Below are positions 37,895-54,235 of a stretch of 64,000 nt of DNA, piece after piece. The notes beneath the pieces are model-generated. The model was not told where the DNA came from, made no database searches, and worked only from the letters and a program-made list of their open reading frames with translations. The stretch is from Octopus vulgaris (Eukaryota). A program made the position numbers and the translations under genes. The stretch covers positions 18,228,001 to 18,292,000 of the forward strand of contig OX597840.1 of NCBI GenBank assembly GCA_951406725.2. Direction: 5' to 3'. Each line of letters opens with the position of its first letter. Position 1 is the stretch's first letter.

Positions 37895-39360
37895 TCTAAT
37901 TTAAACACAAGGCCGCCAGTTGTAACTGTTGGAGATTAGTTGATGCTATGGAACCCAGTTCTTGATCGGTACTTTGTTTTTATCGACTTCAAAGAGACGA
38001 AAGACAAAGTTGCCCTCGGTGGAGTTGGAACTCAGAATGTAAAGCGCTGAATATATACCACTAGTTCAAAATTAAAGAAATCACAAAGATATGGTGAAAG
38101 AACAACAAACATGGCGTATGAAGTTGTCTTTCAGGAAAAATGGAAGAAGATTTTGATGTTTCGAGCCTACGCTCTTCTTCAGAAAGGACAGATGAGGAGA
38201 GAGAACAATTGGAGGAGAAAAAAGAACGTGTCTTACGTGTTTTCTCTAACATAGGTACAAGGCCAGAAATTTTAGGAAAGAAAGTTAGTTGAGTACATCG
38301 ACCCTAATAATTAACTGGTACTTTATTTTATCGACTCCAAAAAAGGTAAGCAGTAAAGTTAGTCATATTTGAATTCGAACTCAGAACATAAGTGATATAA
38401 AATGTCGCAAGGTTGTTTTGGCCGATGCTCTAACGATTCTATCAATCCATCACCTAACTGTTGACATAAAAACCAATAATTTTGAGGGGAGGGACTAGTT
38501 GATTACTTCGACCCCAGTACCTGACTGGCACTTTGTTATATCCACCCCGAAAGGATCAAAGACAAAGTTGACCACGATAGCAGTTGCTTAGCTAGCGTGG
38601 TGCTGTCGTTCGCGGCACTTTTAATGGGGGCTGCACATTTGGGTCGGATAAGAATGCATAGGTTTGGGGTCCTGTGAGGCGGCAAACGTAAAATTGTATC
38701 GCGCGGCAAACACGATTAACCAACTTGAACTCAGAACGTAAAGGGCCGGAAGAAATGCCGCTGAGCACTTTGTCCGAATTTCTAATGATTTTGCCAGCTC
38801 CCCAGGTTGATAAAAACCTACCAATAACGGTTCGTGATTCTATTAACCCCAGGTCCTGAAGGCTACTTTGAATTATCGGCAATTGAATACTGAAAGGCGA
38901 AGTCGACCTCGGCGAAATTTCAGCTCAGAAAGCAAAGAACCGGAAAAATACCCTACAAAGAATAACACCCTACTTGAATTTTGGCTCAAGGCCAACAATT
39001 TTGATAGGAAGGGGAAATCAATTATATACCCCCCATACCTCGCCAGTGTTAAAATGATACTTATCTTATCGACCCCCGGAAGGATTAAAGGCAAAGTCGA
39101 CCATGGTGGAATTGGAACTCAGAATGTAGTCCTACAAAATATAGTCCTTTCTACTGGAAGCACAAGGCCTCAAATTTGGGGAAGGGATTAAGTCGATTAC
39201 ATCGACTCTAGTGCGTAACTGGTAGTTATTTAATCGACCCCGAAAGGATGAAAGGCAAAGTCGACCTCGGCGGAATTTGAACTCAGAACGTTGAGGCAGA
39301 CGAAATTCCGTTAAGCATTTTGCCCGGCGTACTAACGTTTCTGCCAGCTCACCGCCTTAG
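37895..39360 (-). repeat. Head-to-tail cluster of diverged family 2 SINE units
   Basis: AAAGTCGACC/GAACTCAGAA blocks recur about 6-7 times in the same orientation. Confidence 0.75.
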
Positions 39361-39633
39361 TCCTGAAGAATATTATGAAATCCAGCATTGGCTACTTACT
39401 GTACAAATTTCGATGTAGGGTTCGGTTTATAAATGATCAAAATCGACACCATTGCTTAACTGGTATTTTCCCCAACGTGACTGTTTGGTAAGAAGCTTGC
39501 TTCCCAACCACGAGGTTCCAAGTTCAGTTCCGCTATGTGACGTCTTGTGCAAGTGTCTTCTGCTATAACCTTGGGCCGACCAAAGCCTTGTGAGTGGATT
39601 TGGTAGGCGGAAACTGAAGAAGCTAGTCGTATA

Positions 39634-39740
<107 letters not shown>

Positions 39741-42700
39741 CGAGAGAGAATGGGAGAGAGTATCTGTGTTTACGTCCCCGTAGCTGTTCGGCATAACAAG
39801 TCGATAGAATATGTACCAAGCTCAAAAGAACGAAAAAAGTACTGTGGGCGATTCATTCGACTAAAAATTCCACAAGACGGTGCTCCAGCATGGCCGCAAT
39901 CTAATGACTGAGACAAGTAAAAGATGAAAAACAAAACCCAACTCCTCCCCCACCTCCACTCACCCATCCATCCCACCCCACGAATGATAAATTCGTCTCC
40001 TGTTGGGAATTGAAATCAAAACCTAAAAGCTCGTAACTAAATACCAAGACACAGCCCTGATTTTTACATCAGATAATATTAATAAATAGCAATAAAGCAT
40101 TACGTGAATTTTACGCCAGCGTTTCTTGTGTATCGTCTGCTTTATTCAATGGAATTCCAAGAGGGCCGCCGCCTTCGCACTTTTGCCTCTTACTACACAT
40201 TCCCCGCTTCCTTCCAAAACAGCAGCAGTGATATCAACACCATCAGCAACAGGGGCAGCAGCAGGAGTAATATCAACAACAGCAGCAGCAGCAAGCTAGC
40301 GGCTGCTGCTGCGGCTGCTGCTGCTGCTGCTGTTATCTCACTCGTCTGGCTTACAGTGAAAGCTGGGAGGGTGAAGCAGGGGGTGGGTGGAGAAAGAAAT
40401 CGGATTCCTTTCAGTGGCGGAAACAAAAGAAACAGCGAAAACCTAGACAATGTATTGGTGTACAGTGTGTGTATGTGGGTGTGTGTGTGTGTGTGTATGT
40501 GTGAAGTGTGGGGAGAGGAGGGGATGACAGCCAGTCAACCTTAGTCCTTGTTAATTAGTCTGTTGAGTATAGAGTGGTGCGTGTAATAGATACTCTAGTT
40601 ACATACATACACATACATAATTGTATACATACCTCTACATACATCAATGCATAAATACTCATACACAATTATATATAGAGAGATATAGGTATATATATAT
40701 ACATATATATAGATATATATATAGATAGATAGATACACACACACATACATATATATATATATTACAGACACATTCATACACACACAAATATATTATAGAC
40801 AATATATGAATGTGTGTGTCTATAATATATGTGTGTATGTGTGTATGTATGTATGTATGTATGTATGTATGTATGTATGTATGTATGTATGTATGTATGT
40901 ATGTATGTATGTGTGTGTGTATGTATGTATATTACAGACAAGAAAGTAAATTTCCGAACGTAGAATAGTCGTGAAAGCAGCAGAAAGATGGGTATTTAAC
41001 CCTTTTAAGAGGGAAAAAGTTGTCTGTAAAGATGACCTCAACAAGTGATGTGTTACCAAACAAGGAATGGCGAACGACGGAGGCCCCTCTGCGGTTATTC
41101 ACCTTGCTGGAAATTGCAGCCAATAATCTGCTTTATGTTACACAATGTTTTAAATAAGAAATGACACAGAATGCTGTCGTTCAAGATGGTCATGGCTGGA
41201 ATGCCTCTGAGTATATGTCTGCCGCTTGTTAAAAGTTGTGTCCGTGTCTAAATATTTACGTCAATTAACATCCCCACCACTACCAACAGCAACACCGCCA
41301 CCACCACAGTCACAACCACGACCAATACCACTAGAACCACCACCACAACCACAATTACCACTACCACCTCCAGCATCTCCATTAAAACCATTGCCACCAA
41401 CATAAGCGCCAGCACCACCACCACCACCACTACCATAGTCATGACTACCACCACCACCATTAATTTAATTACCACAAGCATCATGATTACTAGAACCACT
41501 AACGCCACAACCACCACAATGAACACCAACACCACCACCACCACTACTGCTATCATGGCAACCAGTAGAATTGCAACCACGGCCAAGACCAACACCGCCA
41601 CTATCACCAGCACCACCAGTAACTATCACCAGCACTATCACCAACACCACTACCACCATCACCACCGCCACCACCATTACCACCACCACCACTACCACCA
41701 TCACCACCACTACCACCATCACCTCCACCACCACCACCACCACCACCACCACCACCACCACCACCGCCACCACCACCAGCACCTCTACCACCACCACCAT
41801 AACCACCTTTAATTTTCTCTTGCATTAACACCCATCACCACTCCTCTTTTCTCTCTCTCTCTCTCTTTTCAATGTGCTCTCTCTTTCTTTTCCCTCTCTC
41901 TCTCTCTCTCTCTCTCTTTCCCTCCCTCCCTCCCTCTCTTTCTCTCTCTGTCTCTGTCTCTCTCTGTCTCTGTCTCTCTCTTTCTCTATTATGCTTTCTC
42001 TCGCTCATAGCGATTATCTGTCACGTAATTGTGTCACACAAGTAAATTATCCCCGCAACGTAAAAATATGACCCCGTCCCCCCACGCTCCCCACCGTCTA
42101 ATTGTCACCCCTAATTAACCCATAACCACACAATACAAAACATTGTCCCTTTCGTTTGACGGATCAGCAGAACGTTAACTAATTTGTCAACCAGTTCTGC
42201 TCCACAAACCCATTTAAAAGACAACCCCTAATTTATAGAGGAGGGAGAGTATTTGCCATGGAAGAAGGACCCAGATAATGACAAAAACAAAATTTAAAAA
42301 AACTAAAAAAAAAAACATTCAGCTTAATACTGATGGTTGTGACGGTAATAAATATGATTTCCATATTTAGCCCATGGTCTCCTATGGTAACATTTACAAG
42401 ACATTTACACTGATGTAAATAATAATAATCATTTTTACTATAGCTACAAGACTTGAAATTTGGAAGAGTGGGGGTGGGTTAAGTCGATTACATCAACTGG
42501 TACTTAATTTGTCGACCCCGAAAGGATGAAAGCAAAGTCGACCTCGAAGGAATTTGAACACAGAATATATAAATTATGCAATGGTGCAACACTAACTGTG
42601 CACAAACCTATGAGGAACTGCATTGAGGCAAATATTCTCACTAGTGTCGTAAAGGTGACAAGGTCTTCGTTCTTCGCATACTACTTATACCAGTTTCTGG

Positions 42701-42778
42701 AGAGATTACATCTTTTCTTTCGTGGCATTTCAATATTGCAAACCAAAAATTATGAACATAGAAGAAATTAAACAGTAA

Positions 42779-43017
42779 TCTCTATTATTGTAAGCAGTTG
42801 TATGTATGTGTTATATAATTGCCATTACTGTATTAATAAATAAAATAACACATACAACTAATTTATTATTATCATATAATAAACAAACAGATATTCATGT
42901 ATGAAATTGATCGTTTTCTATACTTCACTCATTACATGCTTTTTCTCTTATAAAAATACACACATACAGGAGGAACAATGAATGTAGCTCCCGATCAACG
43001 ACGGGTATTACTGCTAG
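42779..43017 (+). mobile_element. Short non-autonomous Helitron (another 3' end at 18113-18143)
   Basis: A|TCTCTATTAT start, CCCGATCAACGACGGG hairpin, ACTGCTAG|T end; same terminus as 4125-4510. Confidence 0.7.
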
Positions 43018-43029
43018 TGTGTGTGTGTT

Positions 43030-43068
<39 letters not shown>

Positions 43069-43155
43069 TTATAATTTAGAGTATCTAAGAGATACCACCA
43101 CGCTGAAAATAGCAGTCAAAATTTGACTCTAAAATCACATTAAATGTTCATATAA

Positions 43156-43234
<79 letters not shown>

Positions 43235-43796
43235 CGGTCTTCTTTCGGTTTTCGTCTACCAAATCCACTCACGAGGCTTTGGTCGACAATTGCCCAAGGT
43301 GCCACGCAGTGGGACTGAACCCAGAACCATGTGGTTGAGAAGCAAGCTCCTTACCACACAGCCACGCCTGCGCTTACCTATATAATAAGATTCAACACAA
43401 ACACACCGCAGAAGTGCAAGTAACACACTTTTAAACAAATATTATGTATTTAATCATCGTTTAAACAAAAGACATTCAGACTCCAACAGCTTGTCCCAAT
43501 TAAACCGGTGGTGGTTTTCCTATACAGCATGAAACGGTAGACAAATACACGTGACTGTGTGAATCGCACGAACTGTTGTTTCTGCTTGTGTCTTTAGCAA
43601 ACAAGTTTATAAGAAGGCTGGCATATGATGATGATAATAATAATATGCAAAGGGGTCTGCTTTGTGTCAACTCAGTGTGATTCTATTAACAGCGTAACAC
43701 AATACAGTAAATATACAACGGAGCGAGTTAAAATGTTACAACGCCAAAGCCTCTGTTTGCATGTGGTTTACTGGCTTGTATAAATATAAATCTATG

Positions 43797-43851
<55 letters not shown>

Positions 43852-43974
43852 TAAGGTGCTTGGCGTTATATTAAAAAATTTGTTCAAATAAATATATAAA
43901 ATTACGAAGGGAACAAAGGGAAAACACACAAAATAAAATGCTGCTAAATCCTCTTCAATTATCGTCCAAGAGAT

Positions 43975-44042
<68 letters not shown>

Positions 44043-44451
44043 TGTATATATATATATATATATTGGCCGATAGAATAAGTACTAGGCTTACACAAATAAG
44101 TCCTGATGTCGATTTGCTCGACTAAAGGCAGTGTTCCAGCATGGCCGCAGTCAAATTACTGAAACAAATAAAAGAATAAAACAGTATATATATATATATA
44201 TATATATATACGTATGTATATATAATTATTTTATGTCAAGTTAATCCAAAACATGAAAATACAAAGAGAAAACACAACGCGAGGACGTTGAACAAATATA
44301 GTATTATTGGACGCTCAGGAAAGAAGGGAAGAAGGAGGATTTAACGTTTCGAGCGGAGCTCTTCGTCGGAAACATAGGAGAAGGAAAGATCCCGAGAAGG
44401 GAAGACGGAGGAAAAAAATCGCCAACGGTACTCACGAGGTCACATAGATAC

Positions 44452-44517
<66 letters not shown>

Positions 44518-44834
44518 CTATATCTATATCTATCTATCTATCTATCTCCCTCTCTCTCTCTATATATATATATACGAGTATGTGTGTGTATTTTCTTATT
44601 CTATCATATGTTTTAGCCGAAAGGCTGCGGTCATGCTGGAGCACCGCCTGTGTAATCAGCTTTTCAGTGACCATTCTTATGCGATTGGCTTTCGGTGAAG
44701 AACGGAGTTCGGCACAGCTTACCCTGTTTTGAGTTTCTTTCTGTGATATAAGTTCATCCGGGAGCTTACACGTTAACTTCACGAGCAAGCTTGGACCCTC
44801 GTCGTCGTAACCGAGGGAGTACTTCTCTACACAC

Positions 44835-44914
<80 letters not shown>

Positions 44915-45855
44915 ATACACCTACAGACACACAAACTCACACACATATATATATATACATATATAATATGTTTGTGTGTATGCCGAAACCACAAGGCTTG
45001 CGCATAAGAGGTGGATTAGTGCAGTCACCTGACAGTATCCACGTGATCAGGAAACGCCATTTGGAAGTCCTCCATGATGATTGGAAGACGATTTAGTTAA
45101 GCAATTTGGGTCGTGATGGAAGAGAAGGCCACAGCTATGACAGATTTAGAAGTGCACTATGACCATCGTGTACAATAGCATCTGATGGTACTATGGTGCA
45201 TGCGTGTATGTTTGTGCGTGGTGTTTGTGTTTGTTTGATTTTTTATTTTAATTATAATAAATATATAAACATGGCGAAACATTGATGTCCCTCACTCCTA
45301 GATGGGATTAAGGGTGAGTTATCTCGCCTGTCCATGACTTTTCCATGACTTTCAGGTATTTCAACAGCTGGCACTTTGAGAGAGTATTCTCCACCAAGTC
45401 AAATCACAGCCTCGCAGCAAATGCATAAGCCCCCTTTGTTAAGTGTACGTGGTCGATAAAGTTTATTACACTCGCGCTGCTTCTCTTTCATATTTCATTA
45501 TACTCCCATTAACGGAGTTTGCATGTCTTTTGTGGAAGGGTTCCGACCACCTCCATGTGTGAACGGACACATTGTTGTAAAATAAACAGATGTCGAATAG
45601 ACAGGGCAGTTCATGATAAGCAGATCACGGTGAACCGTTGGCTGAGAGCGTTTAACCTCGTGCAACAGTAATCATATGAATACTTTCTTTCTCCCTTATT
45701 CGTTAATTTATATATCCAACACCAGGACATAAAAATGCCCCAGTTTTTCCCTCTGTTATCAGAAAGGGAAGGCGCTATTTTCTTTATGCATATAAGGTTT
45801 TTTTAAATTATTGAATCAAATACACAATTATTAAATATAAATTAGGTCTACAATG

Positions 45856-45896
<41 letters not shown>

Positions 45897-46329
45897 AAAA
45901 ACAAAAAAAAAGAACAAAAAGGAAAAACTAAACAAAGAAATCTTTTGAAGAAAATCATATGTAATTCAATTAATGAAAAATTAGAGCTTTCATTTACAAA
46001 AGTTCCTGAGTACAACATTTTATAGAATAAAACAATACGCACTTTAGTTTAATATGCAACGAATATGAAACAATGGGCTGTTATTAATTAAAGGAGAAAG
46101 AACTCCATTGGACTTTTGTTATACATGTCCACACACATACACACACACGCAGACACACAGACACAGTAAGTGAAAACACTTGAACTTAAACTCCGAATTC
46201 ATCAACCAAGATTAGGTCTACGGCGTTAGAAGTAAGAGTAATCCAAGGTCAGCTGATATGGAGCTGGTGTGGTGGATAAGCGCAATTCGCCTTGAGACCT
46301 AAAATGTATATATATGTATATATATATAT

Positions 46330-47630
<1,301 letters not shown>

Positions 47631-47836
47631 CAGGTGGCAGAAACGCTAGCACGCTGGGCGAAATGCTTAGCGGTATTTCGTCTGTGTTTATGTTCTGAGT
47701 TCAAATTCCGCCGAGGTCGACTTTGCCTTTCATCCTTTCAAGATCGATAAATTAAGCACCCGTTGCGTACTGGGGTAGATCTAATCGACTGGCCCCTCTC
47801 CCAAAATTTCGCGCCTTGTGCCTAAAGTAGAAAAGA

Positions 47837-48690
47837 TTCAAATCTTCATACTTCCGACATATGTTTCGAAGAAAGCATTCGTATTATTCCAGAAGGAATA
47901 AAATAGTGTAAAACAATGCAAAGGGAAACAAAACGCATCAATCAGACATTTTAACCGAATGTGATTACTACATATATGATGAAGGGAACGCTGGTAAATT
48001 ATTTTTAAAAATTCCCTTAATAGATTAACGTCAAAGGCAATTTATAGAAAGAGAAGGGGGAGGAAGAAAGAAAGAAGACAGTTAAGTAATTTCTACCAGT
48101 CTATAAAATTCGACCTTTAACTATCTTCTTACATTTCACTTCCACTAAATATATCTATTTCCACGCCTTTAATCTTTTTTCCTATTCATCTATCGCACTA
48201 TATTTCTCCACTCTTAGTTTTCTGCTAATTTCTTTCTTCCTCCTCCTTCTCTTTCTATAAATTGCCTTTGACATCATATCTATTAACGGTTTTTTTGTTT
48301 TTTTTAAGTAACCTACCAGCGTTCTCCTCATCATATTTGCAGTAATAACATTCGGTTACAATATCTTATTGATGCGTTTTGTTTCTCTCTTTTCCCTGAT
48401 GAGAAGATTGCATTGTTTTACATCATTTTATTCCTTCTGGAATAATACCAATCTATTATTCAAAACATATGTCGGCAGTATAAAGATTTGAATAACAACT
48501 GCGTTTAACTCTATTTATTTATTTATCTACGTTATTTAAAAACATTTCACTAAACCCTGGAATTTCTGCCTTTATAAGTAGGCTGTTACATACTTGCTAC
48601 TTATGTGAACTTTTGCTACCCTGGTAACTATTTATTTATTTTTCCGTGTTATTTGTATACATTGAAAAATATACATACATTTCTAAACAT
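47837..48690 (+). mobile_element. Fold-back hammerhead element, family H, with hammerhead at 48392-48477
   Basis: Arms 47837-48073 and 48228-48493. ttcc-CTGATGA-gaagatt...-AAAA-catatg-TC-ggca; the other arm retains GAAA-catatg-TC-ggaa. Confidence 0.78.
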
Positions 48691-48807
48691 ATATATATAA
48701 ATACAGTGTACGTTTAAACACACAAGAGGCATCCATCATAGGATTCCTTTCACGCTAGAGAGGACAGTTAAATTCCAAACACCACTATTAGGGATAAAAC
48801 ATTTACC

Positions 48808-48871
<64 letters not shown>

Positions 48872-48919
48872 GTCTATCTGTCTATCTATCTATCTATCTA
48901 TCTATCTATATACGTAGAG

Positions 48920-49170
48920 CATGAAAATTACAGAACACTAAGGAGAGAATACTAGGAAGAGAATGAGCTTTTGCCAACTTCTTGATGAAGGATGCCTGAC
49001 TCATGGCAATATCTCCGTGTGGCTGTTTAGTTGTTTCATACCGAAGATTTTTGGGGCATTCCATCTGCAAATCATAAACATTGCAGCTATTACGTGACCC
49101 CGAACTTCCTGAAACAGCTGTTGAGTTGAGAAATTATGTATTCTCTTCTTAGTATTCTGTATTTTTTATG
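48920..49170. mobile_element. MITE-like element with imperfect TIRs of about 33 bp
   Basis: CATGAAAATTACAGAACACTAAGGAGAGAATAC / GTATTCTCTTCTTAGTATTCTGTATTTTTTATG. Confidence 0.55.
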
Positions 49171-49318
49171 GTCTTCAAATCCATACTGTTGATGACATCA
49201 GGTAGCCGAATACAATGAACGGGCTTTGACTGGCATACTACAAAGTGTGTACTCAAATTTAAAATTATTAATTTCGTGTGTGTGTGTAAAGCCTCATTGC
49301 GTTCATCTGCATCACCCC

Positions 49319-49380
<62 letters not shown>

Positions 49381-50537
49381 CTTTCTCTCTCTCTATGTAT
49401 ATGTATGTATATACAAATATACATTATTCAAAGCTGATACCTAATTATAACTACAATAACTGCACATTTAATTATAACTATTATAACTTTACCCAATTAT
49501 AATAATTATAACGATACCTAATTATAACTATTGTAAGTGTACACCTATTTTTTCCCACCCCTGTACAAATACTTTTTAAATATCTGAAATTATTATTTAA
49601 AGAATAAATAAACATTTTAAAATATTCAAAATAGTTAAACCCTGGAAGGACTGATTGACTAATGGCGTTGCTGTTGTTGTTGGCGGCGGTGATGGTTGTG
49701 TTATCTCCTCAAACCAAATACTCCAGATACTATTACAGCATCGAATAAGGCAAACACCACCACACCCCTAATTACTGCTGCCGAGCCGCCATTAAATTGT
49801 AACCTTGTAGTTGTTATGACTGGTGATGTTGATGGTGGTGGTAGTGGTGGTGGCGGCGGCAGTTATGCGGTGTTGGTGGTATGATGGTGGCGGTGGTGGT
49901 GGTGGTGGTGGTGTGATGGTGGTGGTGGTGTGATGGTGGTATGTGCTAGTTAATTTTTTTCTAAAATTATAACCATTGCGACCACCATTGACACGACCAG
50001 TAATGTCATAATCATTTCGACCATTCCCAATGATACACCACCGTGGCCACCACCGCGTTGATCACCATGACCTCCAACTCCACAACCACTACCACCACCA
50101 CTGCCACCAACACCACCATCACCACCACCACCATGAGGATCGCCGTAACCTCCCCACCGCCGCCGCCGCCACCGCTACCACTTCCACCAAACTCCAATAC
50201 CATTTTCACCAGCATCTCTAACGAGATGACCACCACCGATACCAAGTCCACTATCAACACCACCAAACCTTCAGTACCACTACTATCAACAACAACAGCA
50301 ACAACAACAACAATTACGACAACACCACTATCAAAACCACTATCAAAACCACCACCACCTCCACCAAACTCAGTGTCACCATTGCTTTCTTCACCACCAT
50401 CTCCACTGACACATCAAGACCATTTTTACCCAGTGGCATAGCTAATAGGGGAACAAGGGGAGCGACTGACCCCTCACCCCATGAGCACATTTTTAAAAAA
50501 TTGGTGCCTTTTTCAACAATTTTATTTTAACTCGTTC

Positions 50538-50724
50538 TATACTCTTTACTTGTTTCAGTCATTTGACTGCGGCCATGCTGGAGCACCGCCTTAAGTCGAG
50601 CAAATCGACTCCAGGACTTATTCTTAGTAAGCTTAGTACTTACTCTATCAGTCTCTTTTGCCGAACCGCTAAGTTAAGGGGACGTAAACACACCAGCATC
50701 GGTTGTCAAGCGATGTTGGGGTGA

Positions 50725-50808
<84 letters not shown>

Positions 50809-50971
50809 TACGACAGGCTTCTTTCAGTTTCCGTCTACCAAATCCACTCACAAGGCTTTGGTCGGCCCAAGGCTATAGTAGAAGACACTTGCCTAAGGTG
50901 CCACGCAGTGGGACTGAACCCTTAACCATGTGGTTGGTAAGCAAGCTACTTACCACACAGCCACTCCTGCG
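50538..50971 (-). mobile_element. Family 1 SINE, full length (further + copies at 39480-39925, 51663-52017, 61150-61510, 61576-61996)
   Basis: Match to 6107-6499. Confidence 0.88.
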
Positions 50972-50989
50972 TTCGTTCACTTGTGCGAT

Positions 50990-51660
50990 AAAAGTGGAAT
51001 CTCTTTATTTTCTTAATCGCATGGCCTTGGGGAGAACTTTCTAGAGTCATTACTTTGAGCAACCTTCTGTTTTTGAATTCTCTTCTCAATCGCCTGTGAT
51101 GTGTTGGTGGCCGTTGACATCTGAAGAACCAAAACAAACCCTGACGTCATAACCTCTCAACCCTGGATGATCCCATGGAGTTTCATCTCTTTTTACATCA
51201 TATCTATACCAGTAATTGTAAGTTTTGTACCTAATGACATCGTTACTGAAACATGAAATTATTGAAAGTAGATTACAATTACATATATTACAACTAACGA
51301 AATCATTTCATGTAAAATAAGAGAAAACGAGTTATAAATTGCTTGGTGTGTGTCGTGGCACCTTTTCTATATGTGACAAAAAGTCGAATCTCTTCTTTAT
51401 TCTTGTTAATCAATTGGCCGTGGAAGAACTTTCTGGAGTCATTACATTATTTCACCAACCTCCTGTGTTTTAGAACTGTCTTCTCAATCTCCTGTGATGA
51501 TTGTCCCTTGGAGTTTCATCTATTCCACATCACACCTATATCGGTAGTTGGGAGTTTCATACGTAGTGACATCATTACTGAAACATGAAATTAATGAACT
51601 ACGTATTTTATGATTAATCAAATATTTTGCGAAATATAAGAGAAATGAGTTTTAAATTGT
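50990..51660. repeat. Diverged tandem duplication of about 375 bp
   Basis: GAATCTCTT..AGAACTTTCT.GAGTCATTAC..GGAGTTTCATCT..TGACATC.TTACTGAAACATGAAATTA occurs twice. Confidence 0.75.
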
Positions 51661-52734
51661 TTGGTTCTAGGTTCAGTCCCACTGCGTCGCACCTTGGGCA
51701 AGTGTCTTCTACCACAACCTCGAGTCGACCAAAGCCTTGTGAGTGAATTTGTAGACGGAAACTGAAAGAAGCCCGTCGTATATATGTATATATATGTGTG
51801 TGTGTGTATGTGTGTGTCTGTATTTGTCCACCTAACATCGCTTGACAACCGATGCTGGTGTGTTTACGTCCCCGTAACTTAGCGGTTCGGCAAAAGAGAC
51901 CGATAGACTAAGTACTAGGCTTACAAAGAATAACTCCTGGGGGCGATTTGCTCGACTAAAGGCGGTGCTCCAGCATGGCCACAGTCAAATGACTGAAACA
52001 AGTAAAAGAGTAAAGAGTCACAGCGCCTTTTTAATAATGTAGTCGCACCCGCTAACGTTAGAACCCGGCTACGCCTCTGCTTTTACCACAAAGACCACTA
52101 TCACCACCACCATCATATCCACCACCACCACCACCACTACCATCACCTCCACCAGCAGCACAATCACCACCACCACAACCACCACCACAACCACCACCAC
52201 CACCGCCACCAGCACAATCACCACTACCGCCGCCGCCACCACCACCACCAACACCAACACCGCCAAGAACATTCTTAAAACTGTCGTCACCATCTTTGTC
52301 TCCATCAATATGACCACCACCTCCGACACCACCAAGACCGCCTCCTCCATCACCACCATGAACACTCAGTCGTCTTCATTACAATCAACACCGCTGCCAA
52401 GAACACGATTACAACCATCATCATCACCAGCATCAACAGCAAGGCCACCAGCACCAGCACCAACACCAACACCAGCGCCTATATCATTAATATTCCGACG
52501 ACCAATGCCCCCCCCCCCACCACCGCCGCCACCACCGCCGCCACCACCATCGACGTAACATGGGTGGGAGGAGAGGGAAGAAGAGAAGACGGAAGACTCT
52601 GTGAGTCATTCTGACGTCACATGTAAAATGCAATTTTGTTTTTGTGTCTCTGGGCGTCGCTCTTGAAAGACAAATTTATCTCAATCCTTCTGGGCCAGAG
52701 GGACAACACTGAACACCACCACAACCACAACAAT

Positions 52735-52923
52735 AAGCTTATGGCGATCACCGTGCAATGACTAAGGAAAATAGTCTAATAAAGGTGTAGATAAGCCCTC
52801 GACAGGAAAAAGAAGGCTTTCCTCCCACGCGGATAGGAAAGCCTTCATATTTCTATCGAGGGCTTAAATGCATCTTTATTAGACTATTTTCTTTACTTAT
52901 TGCACGGTGATCGCCATAAGCTT
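52735..52923. repeat. 189-bp near-perfect hairpin (MITE-like)
   Basis: AAGCTTATGGCGATCACCGTGCAAT...AAGGCTTTCCT / AGGAAAGCCTT...ATTGCACGGTGATCGCCATAAGCTT. Confidence 0.85.
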
Positions 52924-53016
52924 TAAGCTTATACAAAAATACTGCTATTATTATTTACAGGATTCTAAATCACAGCACCGTAATAAAAAAAACCCATTTG
53001 CATCGAAAGCATATAA

Positions 53017-53098
<82 letters not shown>

Positions 53099-53112
53099 TG
53101 TGTGTGTGTGTG

Positions 53113-53512
53113 TACATTTAAACGCATAAGAGGTATCCGTCATAGGATTCCTTTCACGCTAGAAGGAACAGCTAAAGTCTAAACCACTGGACCATGGTTT
53201 CAGACTTTTCTTTTAGCAACTAAAATAATTTGGTAGGTCTAGCGAATGATTTTATTTGCTAAAAAAAAGTCTGAAACCATTGGTCCAGGAGATAGATGGC
53301 AAATGTTTTTATTTTTCATTCCCTTCAAGATTTTATCCTAACAGTGGTTTGGACTTTAGCTGTTCCTTCTAGCGTGCCAGGGATCCTATGACGGATACCT
53401 CTTATGTGTTTAAATGTACACTGTATTTATATGAATAATATATAGTCTATTGACTAATTTTTCTACACGCTAGGCCACTAAAATTTCTAAAATCTTTATT
53501 ACCCTGATATTA
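53113..53512 (+). mobile_element. Nested fold-back (TA)n-anchored element, family F (relatives 28719-28888 +, 48695-48810 -)
   Basis: Outer arms 53113-53188 / 53344-53420 and inner hairpin 53188-53288. Tail TTATTACCCTGATAT(TA)n. Confidence 0.75.
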
Positions 53513-53513
53513 T

Positions 53514-53559
<46 letters not shown>

Positions 53560-53870
53560 TATATATATATATATACATATATGTATATATATTTCCGTCT
53601 AGCAGATCCATTCACAAGGCTTTGGCCGGTCCGAGGTCATAAGACACTTGCCCAAGATGCCTTGCCAGTAGGACTGAACTCGGAACCATATTGTTGGGAG
53701 GCAGACATGGCTGTGAGGTTTTGAAATTTGCTTCGCAACAGGTTAGTTTCGAGTTCAGTATCGCTGCGTGGCACCTTGGTTATAGATATATATATATTAT
53801 AAGCCGTGGAATGACCAATGCTGCGTAAGTGAATTTTGTAAACGGAAACTGCGCAGAAAACGCCGCGCGC

Positions 53871-53951
<81 letters not shown>

Positions 53952-54235
53952 CACACGCAAACAAATCATCCGTTGGTTTCGACTATGACCACCCCAATTG
54001 TTCGACCACAGCTTATTTTGCATTTGTCGGAGTTATGTCCTCATCTTGGCTGTTGCTTTTCGCTACATTTCATCTGTGTTCGCTCCAGCCTTTTCGATCT
54101 ACTTCATTGTCTGGGTTTGAACTCAGAACCTCCAGTGGCTGCATTACATTAACCAACGCACTTAATCACTACGCTATGTCTGTTGTGCAGTGACAGTGAA
54201 TTTTGAAGGTTTATAAAGCTCCATTGATGTCCTAT

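Noticed and set aside
37895-39360. CRISPR-like repeat/spacer appearance
   Set aside because: The units are diverged SINE copies in eukaryotic DNA, with no constant repeat and no cas genes.
41248-41831. Thr/His/Gly/Val-rich ORFs (also 5630-6093, 26535-26783, 50012-50441, 52069-52558)
   Set aside because: Degenerate (CAC/CAT)n trinucleotide tracts that are open in several frames, with no splice or homology support.
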